A DNA stretch of 64,000 bases, from NCBI GenBank assembly GCA_965285935.1, contig OZ260661.1:14012001-14076000 (forward strand). Direction: 5' to 3'. The notes beneath the pieces were generated by a model. That model was given only the letters and a program-made list of their open reading frames with translations, made no database searches and was not told the DNA's origin. The translations under genes were made by a program, and so were the position numbers. Positions 14,780 to 26,600 of the stretch are shown one piece after another; positions within the stretch are counted from its first letter, which is position 1; the number at the start of each line of letters is the position of its first letter. The stretch is from Ophelia neglecta. Taxonomy: Eukaryota.

Positions 14780-17390
14780 TAACCTTTGAATGCCTGAAAT
14801 GAAAAATACAGCCTTTATTAACATCATTTTGAAAATAGAAAGTCTTGCCTTTTTTAATCTTATGGCACAAAAAATATTTTATCTTATTATATATTTGAAT
14901 ATGCCTCCTATGTATTTAATTTCTAACCAATGAATGGAAATGATTTTTCTTAAAGCGTAAGATTAGTTACCAAACACCAGTTCCTAGTGTCCAAGCCTAT
15001 GTTATATTTCTAGGATATAAGCATTCATGTACATTCTCTACCCAATGTGGATTATTAAGATTTGATTCTGGACAAATTCGATTTCAGTTTGACTCTGGCA
15101 ATAATATCCAATAGTATATATTATTTTTACTTGAATCAATTGTATCTGTTCACATACTACACTTGGGTACTCCTATATAAAGTAATTGGGTGAACAGATT
15201 ACAACTCCAAAATATGTTTTAAAGCTCCCAATTTGAAAAGAGGAGGTGTCTTGAGTTGTGAGAAAAGTGAGTACACAAATTAGACTATTGCGATTACCTA
15301 GAGGAAACAAAACATTGTCCCAATGTGTTCAACCAAAAGCAACTGAGAGCAGGACATTAACAACCGGAATTTTTATCCAATATTTTTTGTTTCTTGTAAA
15401 AAATGTGGAATTCATGAAGAAGCAAGCTATTAATTTCGATGAGCAACAATTTTGATATGAGAGAGACAGAGAGAGACAGAGACAGAGACAGAGACAGCAG
15501 AAAAATCATAAGTGCAACTTGTTAGGATGGATATTTTCTAAGTATGTTTTCCTGGGGTGAATCTTTCATGAGGATACATTGCTAGGGGTGGATAGTGTCC
15601 AAAGGCGGACAGTTTTTGGAAGCGGAGAGTTTCTAGGGTATGCTACTGACAGTTGATAGTTTCTGACGGAATGCTGCTTAGGGTGAATTGTTCCTGGGGG
15701 CATGTTACTGAGGCGCATAGTTCCTGGGCTCATTAAGTGATAATAGTACACTGTATATATATAAGCGTTTGTATTATGAATTTAAATGTAAGTGTTCCCC
15801 TATGTGCAAAGGTTTAGCTATAGAAGAAAGCTGTTATTAGATTAGATTGTTTCACATGCACATTATTGATACACCCCTAATAAATGCATATTCGGGATAG
15901 GAAAATTTAGTTAAAAATCTTTAAACATCTACTATGTAAACTGTATAATAACCTAGATTTATGCGAAATAACGAAAAAATGGCAAAAGTTTGCCTGCAAG
16001 TAATTTGATTTTTCTCTACAAGGAAAGCGTGATGAAAATAAGTACTTATTTACGCAATATCACTAGTCCACGGATTCATATGCGGCCTTGGCCGTTTGGT
16101 GCTGGTGGTAGAGGTAACTGAAGGAGGCTGTCACCAGTAGGAAAGCGCCACCTGGGAAGCTCACGCGGGTGATTTGACCAGGTCAAATGTGCGCAAAATT
16201 ACCTTGGTTTATACCCATGCGATGACCCAAGAAGGATGGATTTTTCACGCCTAAAATTACTATCAACGTGATCCAAAAAGTCACGTTTTATAGCCAGCAA
16301 AAGCCAACCAATCACCATAAATATGACAATTGAATATTATATAAATGAATGTAGGTGGCAAAATATGAGTTGACCAATATGATATATGTCCTGCATTTCA
16401 TATAAAAACAAGTAAATTTCTCATTGCTTGTTTATTGTTATTTCCACACTGTAGCACTGAAGGGTAGACCGCGGATTGGTCGTTATATATATTTTTTTTA
16501 AGTGCCCGTTCCTCCCAGACGTACTAACCCAAATATGACTCAATAGATTTTGCTCCGGTGAACACTGACCAAAAAGATTTATTCAATTAGTTATTTATAC
16601 AAAACCCATGTTTTTTTTTGAACAGTTCTTATGTTCGATACGTGGCGACTAAAATGATATCTGTTAATTATTCATTCTTTATTAGATGGGGTGGGGTTGG
16701 GGGGGGGGGTATTTCATGCTTCCAATTGTTTTGATAAAATTATCTCATAATTTTTAATTCTTATTGAAACCACTCTAACATATAACTACCCATATTGAAT
16801 TCTTATTGAAACCACTCTAACATATAACTACCCATATACAACTTACATATAAACCATTCCAAAAAGTGCCTTTTTATTGTCAACAGACTTGTTTTTCACT
16901 TTCACGTGAAAAATTAAATTTGCCAATGCGTGCCCGTAATGTTTGATCATGTTGGTCCAGATCTGATGGCCAAAATGAAGTGTAATGGAAGAACAAAGGA
17001 AACCAACCAACAATAAAGACCAAGCTATAGACTTCGTTTCAGCCTACCCCTGTCTCCCTTGCATGGCTAATGATACCATAGGCCGTCGATGACGTGGTTA
17101 TCTGTTGTTGTTAGTGACACGTGATACCCCGGATACTCAGGCAAGTGTGTAATGTGTAGTATGCGCCCATTGAAATTCCACTGTAGTACAGAGCTCGGTT
17201 TCTATAAACGGCCTTTAGTATAGGGATTGGTTTGAGTGATTTAACACCGCTTCTAGAGATAGTTTTGACTGGCAGATCTAGAGACTATCTCACACAAGGT
17301 GCTACAGAAAGACGTGTATGGGGTCGGGCTTAGCCTCTATCTGGCAGTGAGCAGACGCCGCTCATACCCTCTAACATGACAACGCATCCG

Positions 17391-17722
17391 TAGCTCAGAT
17401 TTTCGAAATCCGCCAGTAGAATGCCACTTAGATTTGAATTAAAACTCCATTTTTAATGAGCCCTAGAAACTCGCCTCTCATGTTATTAATATCATTATTA
17501 TCAATTTTAATAATTCGCCATTAAAATATAAAATGATTCTGATACATATAAAAACATAGCTCAGATTTTTTAAATCCGCCAGTAATATGCACTTAGATTT
17601 GAATTAAAACTCCATTTTTAATGAGCCCTAGAAACTTGCCTCTCATGTTATTGATATCAATATTATCAATATTAATAACTCGTCATCAAAATATAAAATG
17701 ATTCTGATACATATGAAAAACA
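17391..17722. repeat. Tandem direct duplication, about 166-bp period
   Basis: TAGCTCAGATTTT..AAATCCGCCAGTA...CTGATACATAT present at 17391 and 17557. Confidence 0.85.
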
Positions 17723-20260
17723 TATAAAAAAGACAAAAGTGGCCGCCTACATTTTCTTCTTGCCCCCCCCCCCCCCCCCTCCTACCCCTCCCTCCCCGAC
17801 TTAATAGGTTTAATGGGCTGAACCATCCAACATCTGGTCAGAAGGCAAATGAAGCGGTCTAAGAAGTGGGTAAGATGGGGCATTAATCTGAACCTGTGGT
17901 CATGCTAGAAATTACTAAAGCCAACGTATGTATCATACTGTGCTGTGAATCATGTGTGTAATATATATATCCATACCTAATCACTGCATTGATAGGTCCT
18001 TCTCTCAGTGGGTGTCTGTCCATATACTCCTAAAACTAAATATTATTCCTTGATTCCATCATAAGCCCGAAAGAGTGTGCTGTTTCTATCATTTAAATGA
18101 TAGCAGTTAAACTAGAACGAATGAGAATACTGTTCTCAGCCAAACCACTATAAACATGATCACTGTAACATGAACCGCAAACTGATAGTAACCGGATTCG
18201 TAGAGAGCAGGGTCCCTGAATACGAGGTAGCAGTACCCATCCCAGAGCACTCGAGACGCTTTCCGGGAGGCCATTTATAAACGCGGACGTGCGGAGGCTA
18301 CCGAAGGTCAAATACATTTCAGAGCCCTTATATGTCCAGAATAGATGGAATTCATTCTAGGGGAAGGTTTAGGGAATTGTGAATCTAGTGTTGTGTTATA
18401 ATCCGAGGTTTTACCTCCGCTAAGCCTAAGCAACTTCGCTTTTAATCCAAAGCCCTTTGCAGTACCGCACATATTAATTATGATAATTACGACACTTGCC
18501 TACCCCCCTACCCCCCCCCCTACCCCCCCCCCCCCCCCCAGAACCTCTCCCTACAAATCCGCATCACTTACATTTCTGTCGTCTGCCTCCACTAGTTCCG
18601 GGTGCATAGATTTTAGATAATACCACTTCACATATAGACCAAGTAGAAAGGTTAATAGTTCCTTATATAGAGCACAGTGCCTTTTTATAGAATACCAATC
18701 ACGACATCGATACAGTACAGTTTGTGGCGGAGCAGGAGGCAGGGTAGTACATAAGGAAGAACTTTTTGATGGAGGGGGGGGGGGGGGGCAATGAAGGTGC
18801 ACTTATTGAAACCAATAAAGACACGCCTGGTAATTTCGGACGTGTCCGTCGGCGTACCGTGGGGCCTAGCTAACCATGCAAATAATGACACCTCTGATGT
18901 GCTCACTCAGTCCTGCTGCACACTTTTTTCCACTTCATGGTTCGGTTGACTTGGACCCACCTGTCGTTTTCGGACACCTCCGAACAATTAAAAACTATCT
19001 ATTACCCTTAACCACATCGAACACTTTTCCTCTGGCTTGATCATGAGGGATTACTCCCACCTGTGCCTTCCAATTCCGTTCCCAACTTCCCCCACCCACC
19101 ATTGTCTTTGTCCAAATACCACACTTAGCTCTCACCCACCTAACCCACAAACTCTACCTCCCAAACCCATCCCCAACACGCCCCCTCCCCTCACCTCCAC
19201 CAAACTCCACTATCCCCTAAACCCTACCTTTACTATACTTTTCATTTTGTTTTTGTTCTTTTGTTTTTTCATCAAGCCAAAATGGGCAGCCACAGTTCAG
19301 CAATTCATTATCTAAGTCTCATTTTGCATGTTGCATGTTCGCATATTTTACTGTTCTGGCTACATAACTGCTGTTATCAGATAAGGCTCTATTTCGCATG
19401 ATTTCAATTCAAACTTGTATATTTTGTATTACAGAATTATTTCGTACATTAATTAATGCTTACATTATGTTATACATTCGTAACTTTATTTCTATTTTGT
19501 TTACAACATTTAATTAGGGGCCCCCTCCGTTAGCGGTGTTAACCTTGGAAGGGTATCCCTCAACCAGGTTACTTTCTATTGTTTTCCTTACTTATCCTGT
19601 CTTATCCTTACTTATCAAATTTAATTTTTTTTTCTTTCTTTATGCAATTATATTTTATTAGTTTTGTTTCTAGGTCAGTTTGGTTTTGAATACATGTTTT
19701 CTGGTTGAACATAAATGATCTGTATCTGTATCATTATGCCACAACCGCCCCCCCCCCCCCCGCCACCCTCCCCAACCACCACCACATACCCAACACTCCC
19801 ACTCTACACAGTAACCTGATGGGGAAATTATGGTAAAATAGTCTCTTTTCCTATACAAAAATACTATATTTACATAATTAGGATACTGCATTTAAGGATT
19901 GGACATCTCCAGTGACAAGTCCATCTTTCTGTACCCACACCACTGTTGAATAGCATTCCTTGTTTAGAGTTTAGTCTCTGGTAAAACGTTATTATTCATA
20001 ATTCATAGAATTGATATAACGTTTGAGGTTCCTATACACATCTAACAATGAGGATGTCCTCAGTTCTGGGTCGTCTACGAGTCAAGTTTATCTGAAAAAA
20101 AGCACCAAGGCAACTTGATAACATGATATTTGCAACATGCACGTAAGGGATGTTCCAGAAATTATCCTCAGGGAGGGGGTGGGGCGTGGGCGCAACGACT
20201 TCCTGTCCGGGATAGGGGGGGGGGGGGGGGGATTGGAAAAGGCCGTCCGCGATATGGGGG

Positions 20261-20266
20261 GTTAAA
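20261..20266. other. Left 6-bp target site duplication GTTAAA (right copy 45668-45673)
   Basis: Identical hexamer abuts both termini; 6-bp TSDs are typical of Polinton integrase insertion. Confidence 0.95.
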
Positions 20267-21007
20267 AGTAGTGTATGTAGGTCCGCGAGGCTCACTCACG
20301 AAAAATAAGAACAAAAATAAGAACAATAACAAAAGCACGTGGTGGAGCTTGATGGCACGTGGTGTCGGGGCCCAGAATCAATTCAACCGAAATTTAACCT
20401 TTGACCTCGATGCGGATTGGTCCCCCTGGGTCATGTGGGGGTAAAGGGTGGGGTGGGGGTAGAGGGGGTAGAGGGGGTGGAGGGGTATAGGAGGGGTATA
20501 GGAGGGGTATAGGAGGGATAGGGGAGGGGGGGAGGGGTGTGGTCACCGGGGTGTGGTCACCGGGGGAGGGGGGATTACTGGGGTGACATATGCTTATACG
20601 TGTACATGTACATACATGCACATGCAAAATACAGGCTGCTGGGGCGATCATACAGGTAAACCTAATTAATTTCATAATTAACTTTCGCGCGGATACCTGC
20701 GAAAGTCAATTTTATAACGCGCAGTCATTTCGAGCCTTTCTTCTAGGCTTTTGTTTCTTTAGCCAGACCCCCCCTAAGATGGCCGCCCGCTGCAAACAAT
20801 GAACCAGCTGAGGCAGCGAGTCGCCTGCCACTCACACACGCACACTGCCACACCCACACACAGTCCTATACGCTATACGCTGCAGCCTGTACAGTGTTGG
20901 CCTATAGCCAGCCAGCCGGCTGCACTGCACTGTGCTCGCACCGCTCGCTCCACCCTGCTCTCGCCATGCATTCAACGTGGTGAAGTAAGTTTGGCGGTAA
21001 AATGGGC
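20267..21007 (+). repeat. Left terminal inverted repeat (about 740 bp)
   Basis: Reverse complement of 44901-45667 with a few substitutions and indels. Confidence 0.95.
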
Positions 21008-21300
21008 ACCAACCATGCGTTTATAGATACTCATATATTAATAAGTATTAATTTGAATCATGCTTTTAAGAATCTCCCTTGCCACATTAATATTGACCTG
21101 GTATAAGAAAACATTATGACTAGCTTATGCATGTGAATGTTCATGCTGTGCATTTAACATTAACAATACGCTGATGTAGCGAAAATAGTATTTAGCTCAT
21201 GCTGTGTAGCGACCATTTTTGTTTTAGGGCGTCATGTTATACGCTTTTCACTATTACGAGCAGTTGGTAACGTGAATACTGACGAGGCGAACGTGCGTGT

Positions 21301-22107
21301 ATGATTATGGATGGTGATAGGAGTTTAGACCTAGTCTCAAACAAGCAAATGATGAATTCTTTCATGAACGATAACTCGATACCCGAGATGAGTCCATTTC
21401 GACTGGGTCAGGAAATGAATGATGCTTATCTTGAAGACGAAGAAAATGATTCGATCTGTGAGCTCAGGACTTCACTGACTTCCGAAGAAAGAAAGTGGGC
21501 TTCGCTTAATCATGAAGTTATCGACCGGGAGTCCATTGTGAAAACATTTTCGGACTATAGCAGTTTAACTGCCTATACATATATAGACTGGATCGTGTTT
21601 GACGATTTCAACATTCCAGCGGGAAAATCTGAACTCGTCTCAGAGCCTCAATATATAAATAGCGGCACTTACAGCTATAGAGTGGGGATGACTATGCAGC
21701 CTCCAGGATATGGAGAGGCCCGCGATTTTTATTCTCTCTTCTTTGTGCTATACCCTGGAGACTATGATCAACTATTGAAATGGCCGTTTCCATATAACAT
21801 AACATTAGCTCTGGTATCAAACTCCAAAGTTTTGTTAGAAGAAAAAAATCAAGGTGGAATTCATATTCCGGCATTCGGAATACCGTCTAAATGTGGTTTA
21901 ACCCCTAAATTACCGGTCGGTTTCCCTGATTTTTTACATAAATCGATGGCAAACAGAACTTTAGCAGGAGAAAATGTGTTTCGGAAGCTTACTAACGGGA
22001 AATCCTATCTTCACTTTGTGCTCAGAATAGAACTGGCAACTGGTAATAGTGTGTTAACTCAGGACACATCCTGTTTGTCTTTTAAAAATGAAACATTTCA
22101 ATACTAA
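21301..22107 (+). CDS. Stand-alone TRAF-C/MATH domain protein without RING or zinc fingers, carried by the Polinton
   Basis: SEPQY...YSYRVGM...GYGEARDFYSLFFVLYPGDYDQLLKWPFPYNITLALV...GFPDFL matches the TRAF MATH signature (SLFF.I..G.YD.LL.WPF); AATAAA at about 22149. Confidence 0.8.
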   Translation: MIMDGDRSLDLVSNKQMMNSFMNDNSIPEMSPFRLGQEMNDAYLEDEENDSICELRTSLTSEERKWASLNHEVIDRESIVKTFSDYSSLTAYTYIDWIVFDDFNIPAGKSELVSEPQYINSGTYSYRVGMTMQPPGYGEARDFYSLFFVLYPGDYDQLLKWPFPYNITLALVSNSKVLLEEKNQGGIHIPAFGIPSKCGLTPKLPVGFPDFLHKSMANRTLAGENVFRKLTNGKSYLHFVLRIELATGNSVLTQDTSCLSFKNETFQY

Positions 22108-22135
22108 GTTTGTTTATATCTATTGTTTGACTAGT

Positions 22136-22470
22136 CCTGTTTTTGAATAATAAATACTCTTTATCCAACCTCTATATACATATGTGTTTTATCAATCTGT
22201 CAGCATGTTTACGCACTGCAACGGCAGTCTGAACAGCTGACAGCAATTCAATACCAACTGCAACGTAACGGTTCGTTTAAATGTAACGGTTATTCGTTGT
22301 TCTTTTTCCATCATACAGTAAAAACTACATTAATTCGTTAAGCCTGCAAGCAAGATGGTGTTTATATGTTATTACTATGAGAAAAGCCTAAATCCCATTA
22401 GATCTGATAAACCATTAAAGTGCTAAATGTCACAGTAAAGTTAATCCTAATAGGCGCTCGGTAGAGATAG
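22136..22470 (+). pseudogene. Degenerate duplicate of the pPolB upstream region and first zinc-finger exon (intact copy about 23155-23455)
   Basis: CCTGTTTTTGAATAATAAAT...TTACGCACTGCAAC...GTAACGGTTATTCG...GATGGTGTTTA.ATGT..TTA...AAAAGCCTAA...GTTAATCC.AATAG..GCTCGGT shared by both; this copy has lost the reading frame. Confidence 0.8.
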
Positions 22471-22630
22471 CTAGATTACATTTATTCATCTAAAAAGATG
22501 TGTTATAAATAATAAAAATAAATAAATAAACCCGACCGATTGGTCTTTTATGATGATTGTGAAAGAACCTTTCTGGAAAGTGTGGTTGGCTCTGAAAAGA
22601 GCCGTTTTTGTATCCCCACCGTTTTCCATC

Positions 22631-22996
22631 TTACTTTCTAGTGAGAAAGAAAAACGGGTGGGGATTTTCCCGGATTTCTCTATCCCAATCTTCAGTTTGG
22701 GGTATGACGAAATCCGGGGAAGGTCCGAAAACTGCCGAGTATTTCGGGTCATTCATCGCAATTTCTTCACCCTCCTCCGTTCGGAAGTCACACTCCTTCA
22801 AGTGGTCTCTCGCGGTCTCTTCCGCAACCATGTGAAGAGCGCTATACGGACATCTTACTAACTTCTCATGTCGAGGATTCCGTTCGCACTTCAGCAGATG
22901 TCGAAGAAGTCGCGAGCACCGTACAACGTGTGCCCTGTTGTACGGGCAGACTATAAGATCAGTGGCAACTGAGTTTCTAGTGGTGAAAGACGCCAT
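22631..22996 (-). CDS. GTSF1: GTSF1/Asterix-like protein with two CHHC (U11-48K-type) zinc fingers and an EDWD segment, 121 aa, intronless
   Basis: CPYNRAH..RCSRL..HLLKC and CPYSALH.V.......HLKEC, then PQTEDWDREI...HPFF; ATG at 22996 in ACCATGG context, TATAAAAG about 45 bp upstream, minus-strand AATAAA at 22481-22486. Confidence 0.85.
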   Translation of the reverse strand: MASFTTRNSVATDLIVCPYNRAHVVRCSRLLRHLLKCERNPRHEKLVRCPYSALHMVAEETARDHLKECDFRTEEGEEIAMNDPKYSAVFGPSPDFVIPQTEDWDREIRENPHPFFFLTRK

Positions 22997-23346
22997 GGTG
23001 ATTTCAGAAATCAGAGTGGCTTTACCTAAGCACCCACGTACTTTTATAGTCAACTAGGTGCTTCTATGTCAAGCTAATTTACATAACGCGTAGCCAGCGC
23101 TAGCCAATAGAATGAGCTCGCACTAAGTTTATGCATATCTACTGCTAGACACGCCCTGTTTTTTGAATAATAAATGTTCTTTGTCTATCTTACATACATC
23201 TGTGTTTTATCCATATGTCAACATGGTTACGCACTGCAACTGTAGTCTGAAAAGCTAACGAAAAACCAATTCAAACTGTAAAGTAACGGTTATTCGTAAT
23301 ATATTTTCAGCACCATCCGGCAAAGTGCGTTCAGGCAGCAAGCAGG

Positions 23347-23572
23347 ATGGTGTTTAGATGTCGTTATTGCGATAAAAGCCTAAGTTCCACAAGAAATCTG
23401 ATTAACCATGAAAGCATTTGTAAGGTTAATCCGAATAGATGCTCGGTGAAAAAGCGTGTAACCTGTCCGCGTTGTGGGCATGATTACAACTGTAAAGGAG
23501 CTTACACAGCTCATTTGCCAAAGTGTAAAGGTGAGTGAATTACATTTGTTAAATTTCTAAGTATGTGAATGC

Positions 23573-23620
<48 letters not shown>

Positions 23621-26600
23621 TTACTCCTATTTTGTGAGCCAAATTATGTTAATTCACCGTTTTCTTCTTCTATTTTTTGGTACTAAGCTGCTGGTAAGGA
23701 AAATCAACTCAAGCAGAGTCATGTCAATCAGCCGCAAAGCACAAGCGATGATGATGGGAACATACCTACTCAAAGTAATCAGTCTACCTCTGCTGTCTCG
23801 GACCGCCTTGACACCTCAACATCGAGTCACGTTTTCAACCGATCTACGGGAAAACGACAGTCGGCCATGCCCACCAACTCCCATGCCAAAAACCCGAGAC
23901 GGAATGGTGATACCTTTGTTGTTAAAAGTGGAAAGAGACCCGCCGCTGCTCCATCTCCTACAAAACAATTTCAAAATATAGGGCTTGAATCTGTGCCTTC
24001 GATTGAACAGAACACCCCTCACCCTATGCGCTTTGAATATGAACAGTTACGGTCGGCGTTGGAAGAAGACTGGGAACCGGAAGCCGTGGAAAAAATTATT
24101 GACATGTACAAAAACAAGTGGCCGTCAATTCGACGACCGAACTATAGACTTAGCGCAAATGTAGTCCTGAGTATCAACCCAGATTTATTGGGAGAAATAA
24201 GATCAATTCTTAAGGATGTGCTCAAATTCCACAGGAAAGCAGTCAAGGTAAATATAACTTTAGGTAAAATGTTATATTCTAGAGTTCAAAATAAGGCGCG
24301 CTGGTTTTTTCCTACCTCTCATGGTAGGGATTCCGTTTTGGATGAGTTTACCAGTATTGCATCTGACGCTGATATTGAAAATATTATGAACGTAATTGAG
24401 CATAAAGATCTTGCAGTTGAACTTACCAAAAACAGACCTAACAGTTCGTGGTCTGGCGTCATGTTTACCAATGTCATTGTGACACATATACCTATTGCTG
24501 CGCTAAATAAAACACATGACGTTGTTAGAAGTATTAGGAAATGCTGTCGAGAGTTTCCTAATTGGAAAGCTAGAGATAATACTATTATCAGTCATTTTAC
24601 TGGTAAAAATAACAAGCGAAAACACTACAAGGATGGGCTTTGCTTTTTTAGAGCCCTTGCCCTTTGGAGATTAGAAGTTACATCTGCAAAGGACGTTAAA
24701 GTCGATGCAGAGTTTCACCAGCTGGTACAAACACTCTTTCTCGAATTTTGCGAGTTCAAAGAGAAATTACTGGTAGATAATGGGACACTAGATCCTAATT
24801 TTCCCAAGGCAAATGAGGGGGTTGACCGAGAGGATATAAGATTAAATGGAATTGCTCCTTGCGAATTACCACTGTTAGAAAAGTGCTTTGGAATAAATAT
24901 AGTTCTTACTAGTAAAGATGAGAGGATGGAAACAATGGTAAAATACATGTCTTGTTTTCGGCATGATCTGGATAATAAAAAAGTGCTCTACCTTGATTTA
25001 TATGAAGATCATGCATCCTACATTCCTGATATAGATAAATATGCAGGCACGTTCCATTGTAAAAATTGTGATTTTATTTGTGGTCGGTTTCAACATTTAA
25101 AACAACATTTGAAAAATCGACAAGGTTGTTCAAAGCACCCTGTACACAAATTTGAGGGTGGAATGTACAAGCGGCACCTGTCTGTCTTTGAAAAAATGGC
25201 TTTAAAGGGTATTAAATTTCAACAAGGTGAGCGGTGGTATCCCTATCATGCCTCATTTGATTTTGAGAGTTTGCATGAGAAGTCTGAGGACTATTCGACC
25301 ATTGATGAATCAGTGGAGGCCATGCTTGCTTCTGAAACTGGTAAAGGTGAAACTAAGTTCATAACCACCCACAGACCTATCTCCGTTAGCGTGTGTACTA
25401 ACGTGCCTGATTTCACTGACCCTCACCACATATGTAGGACAGTTAGTGAGCGAAAGTTAGTTACCGACATGTTTGATTATCTTGGTTGTGTGCAGAAGAA
25501 AGCTGCTAACATAATGCTTGAACAATTTCAAAGCTGCTTTGATCAACTCGATAAGCTTCATCAATCATTGTGCGAATATTCTCACACACTAAAAACAGAA
25601 AGGACAGGGCATTGCTTTAAAGATGATGAGATTGAACAAATCGATAAGTTTGTTTTGGATATGATCAATGCAGATATTGAAACAAAATGTCAAGCAAAAA
25701 AAACAAAGAAAGCTAACGCGCGTTCGGTAGTTATTAATCAAACTAGTGATTGTGAGGAGGAAATGGATGATATATTTGATCTAGAGGAAAATGCGTGTAA
25801 TATAATGGACGTTGATTTTGATGGAGAGTGTGTAAATGCTGAGCAGGGTGGAGAGGAGGATAGGGTAGGGGTGGCAGACGATGCTTATGACACACTTGAA
25901 TATATGTTGGATCCCAATGGGAAAATTTCGTTAAATGGAAAAGTCATTGACCGTTTTGAAAGGGAAGCAGAGGAGGTCAAATCTCTCATTTCATCGTTGA
26001 GACATTGGTGTACCGAGCTACCTGTTTTGGGTTTTAATTCAGGTACATATGATATGAAACTAATTAGAGAATACTTCCCTGAATGCCTAGAAGAATTAAC
26101 GGAGGTTGATGAGAAGGCAAAGGTACGCGTAATCAATGGTGGCAAAGGTTTTATGAAAGTTTCTAATGGTCAATTGAATTTTTTAGATGTGAAAAATTAC
26201 TTAGCACCCGGCAGTAGTTTAGCCGGATTTTTAAAGCAGAGCAACTGTGTTGAGACAAAAGGTACATTTTGTTATGAATATTTAGTGCATATAGATCAGT
26301 TGAAAGAAACTAGTCTACCTCCCATCGAATGTTGGTATAGTAAGCTTAAGGGATGCAGTAGTTTAGGTCGAACCGAAGAGGAAATTAAAAGCACCTACAA
26401 AGAAATGCAAAGCATTTGGGTCAGGGAAGACATGCACTGTCTCGGTGATTTTTTGAAATGGTATAATAATCAAGATGTTGCTCCAATGTGTCATGCTGTT
26501 GAAAAGCTGCGCTTACAGTATGTTAAAAAAGGCATAGACGCTTTCAAAATGTGTATTTCAAGTCCCGGTGCCTCTTTGCATATCGGTATGAAAATTGCCG

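Noticed and set aside
20799-21026. ORF MNQLRQRVACH... and its mirror at 44908-45156
   Set aside because: Both lie in the TIRs and diverge by indels; low-complexity sequence; splicing from GTAAGT at 20985 to the AG at 21227 does not give the TRAF frame
23565-23981. 138-aa ORF beginning MNAFIYIYIY
   Set aside because: Starts in the (AT)n tract of the predicted intron and overlaps polB in another frame
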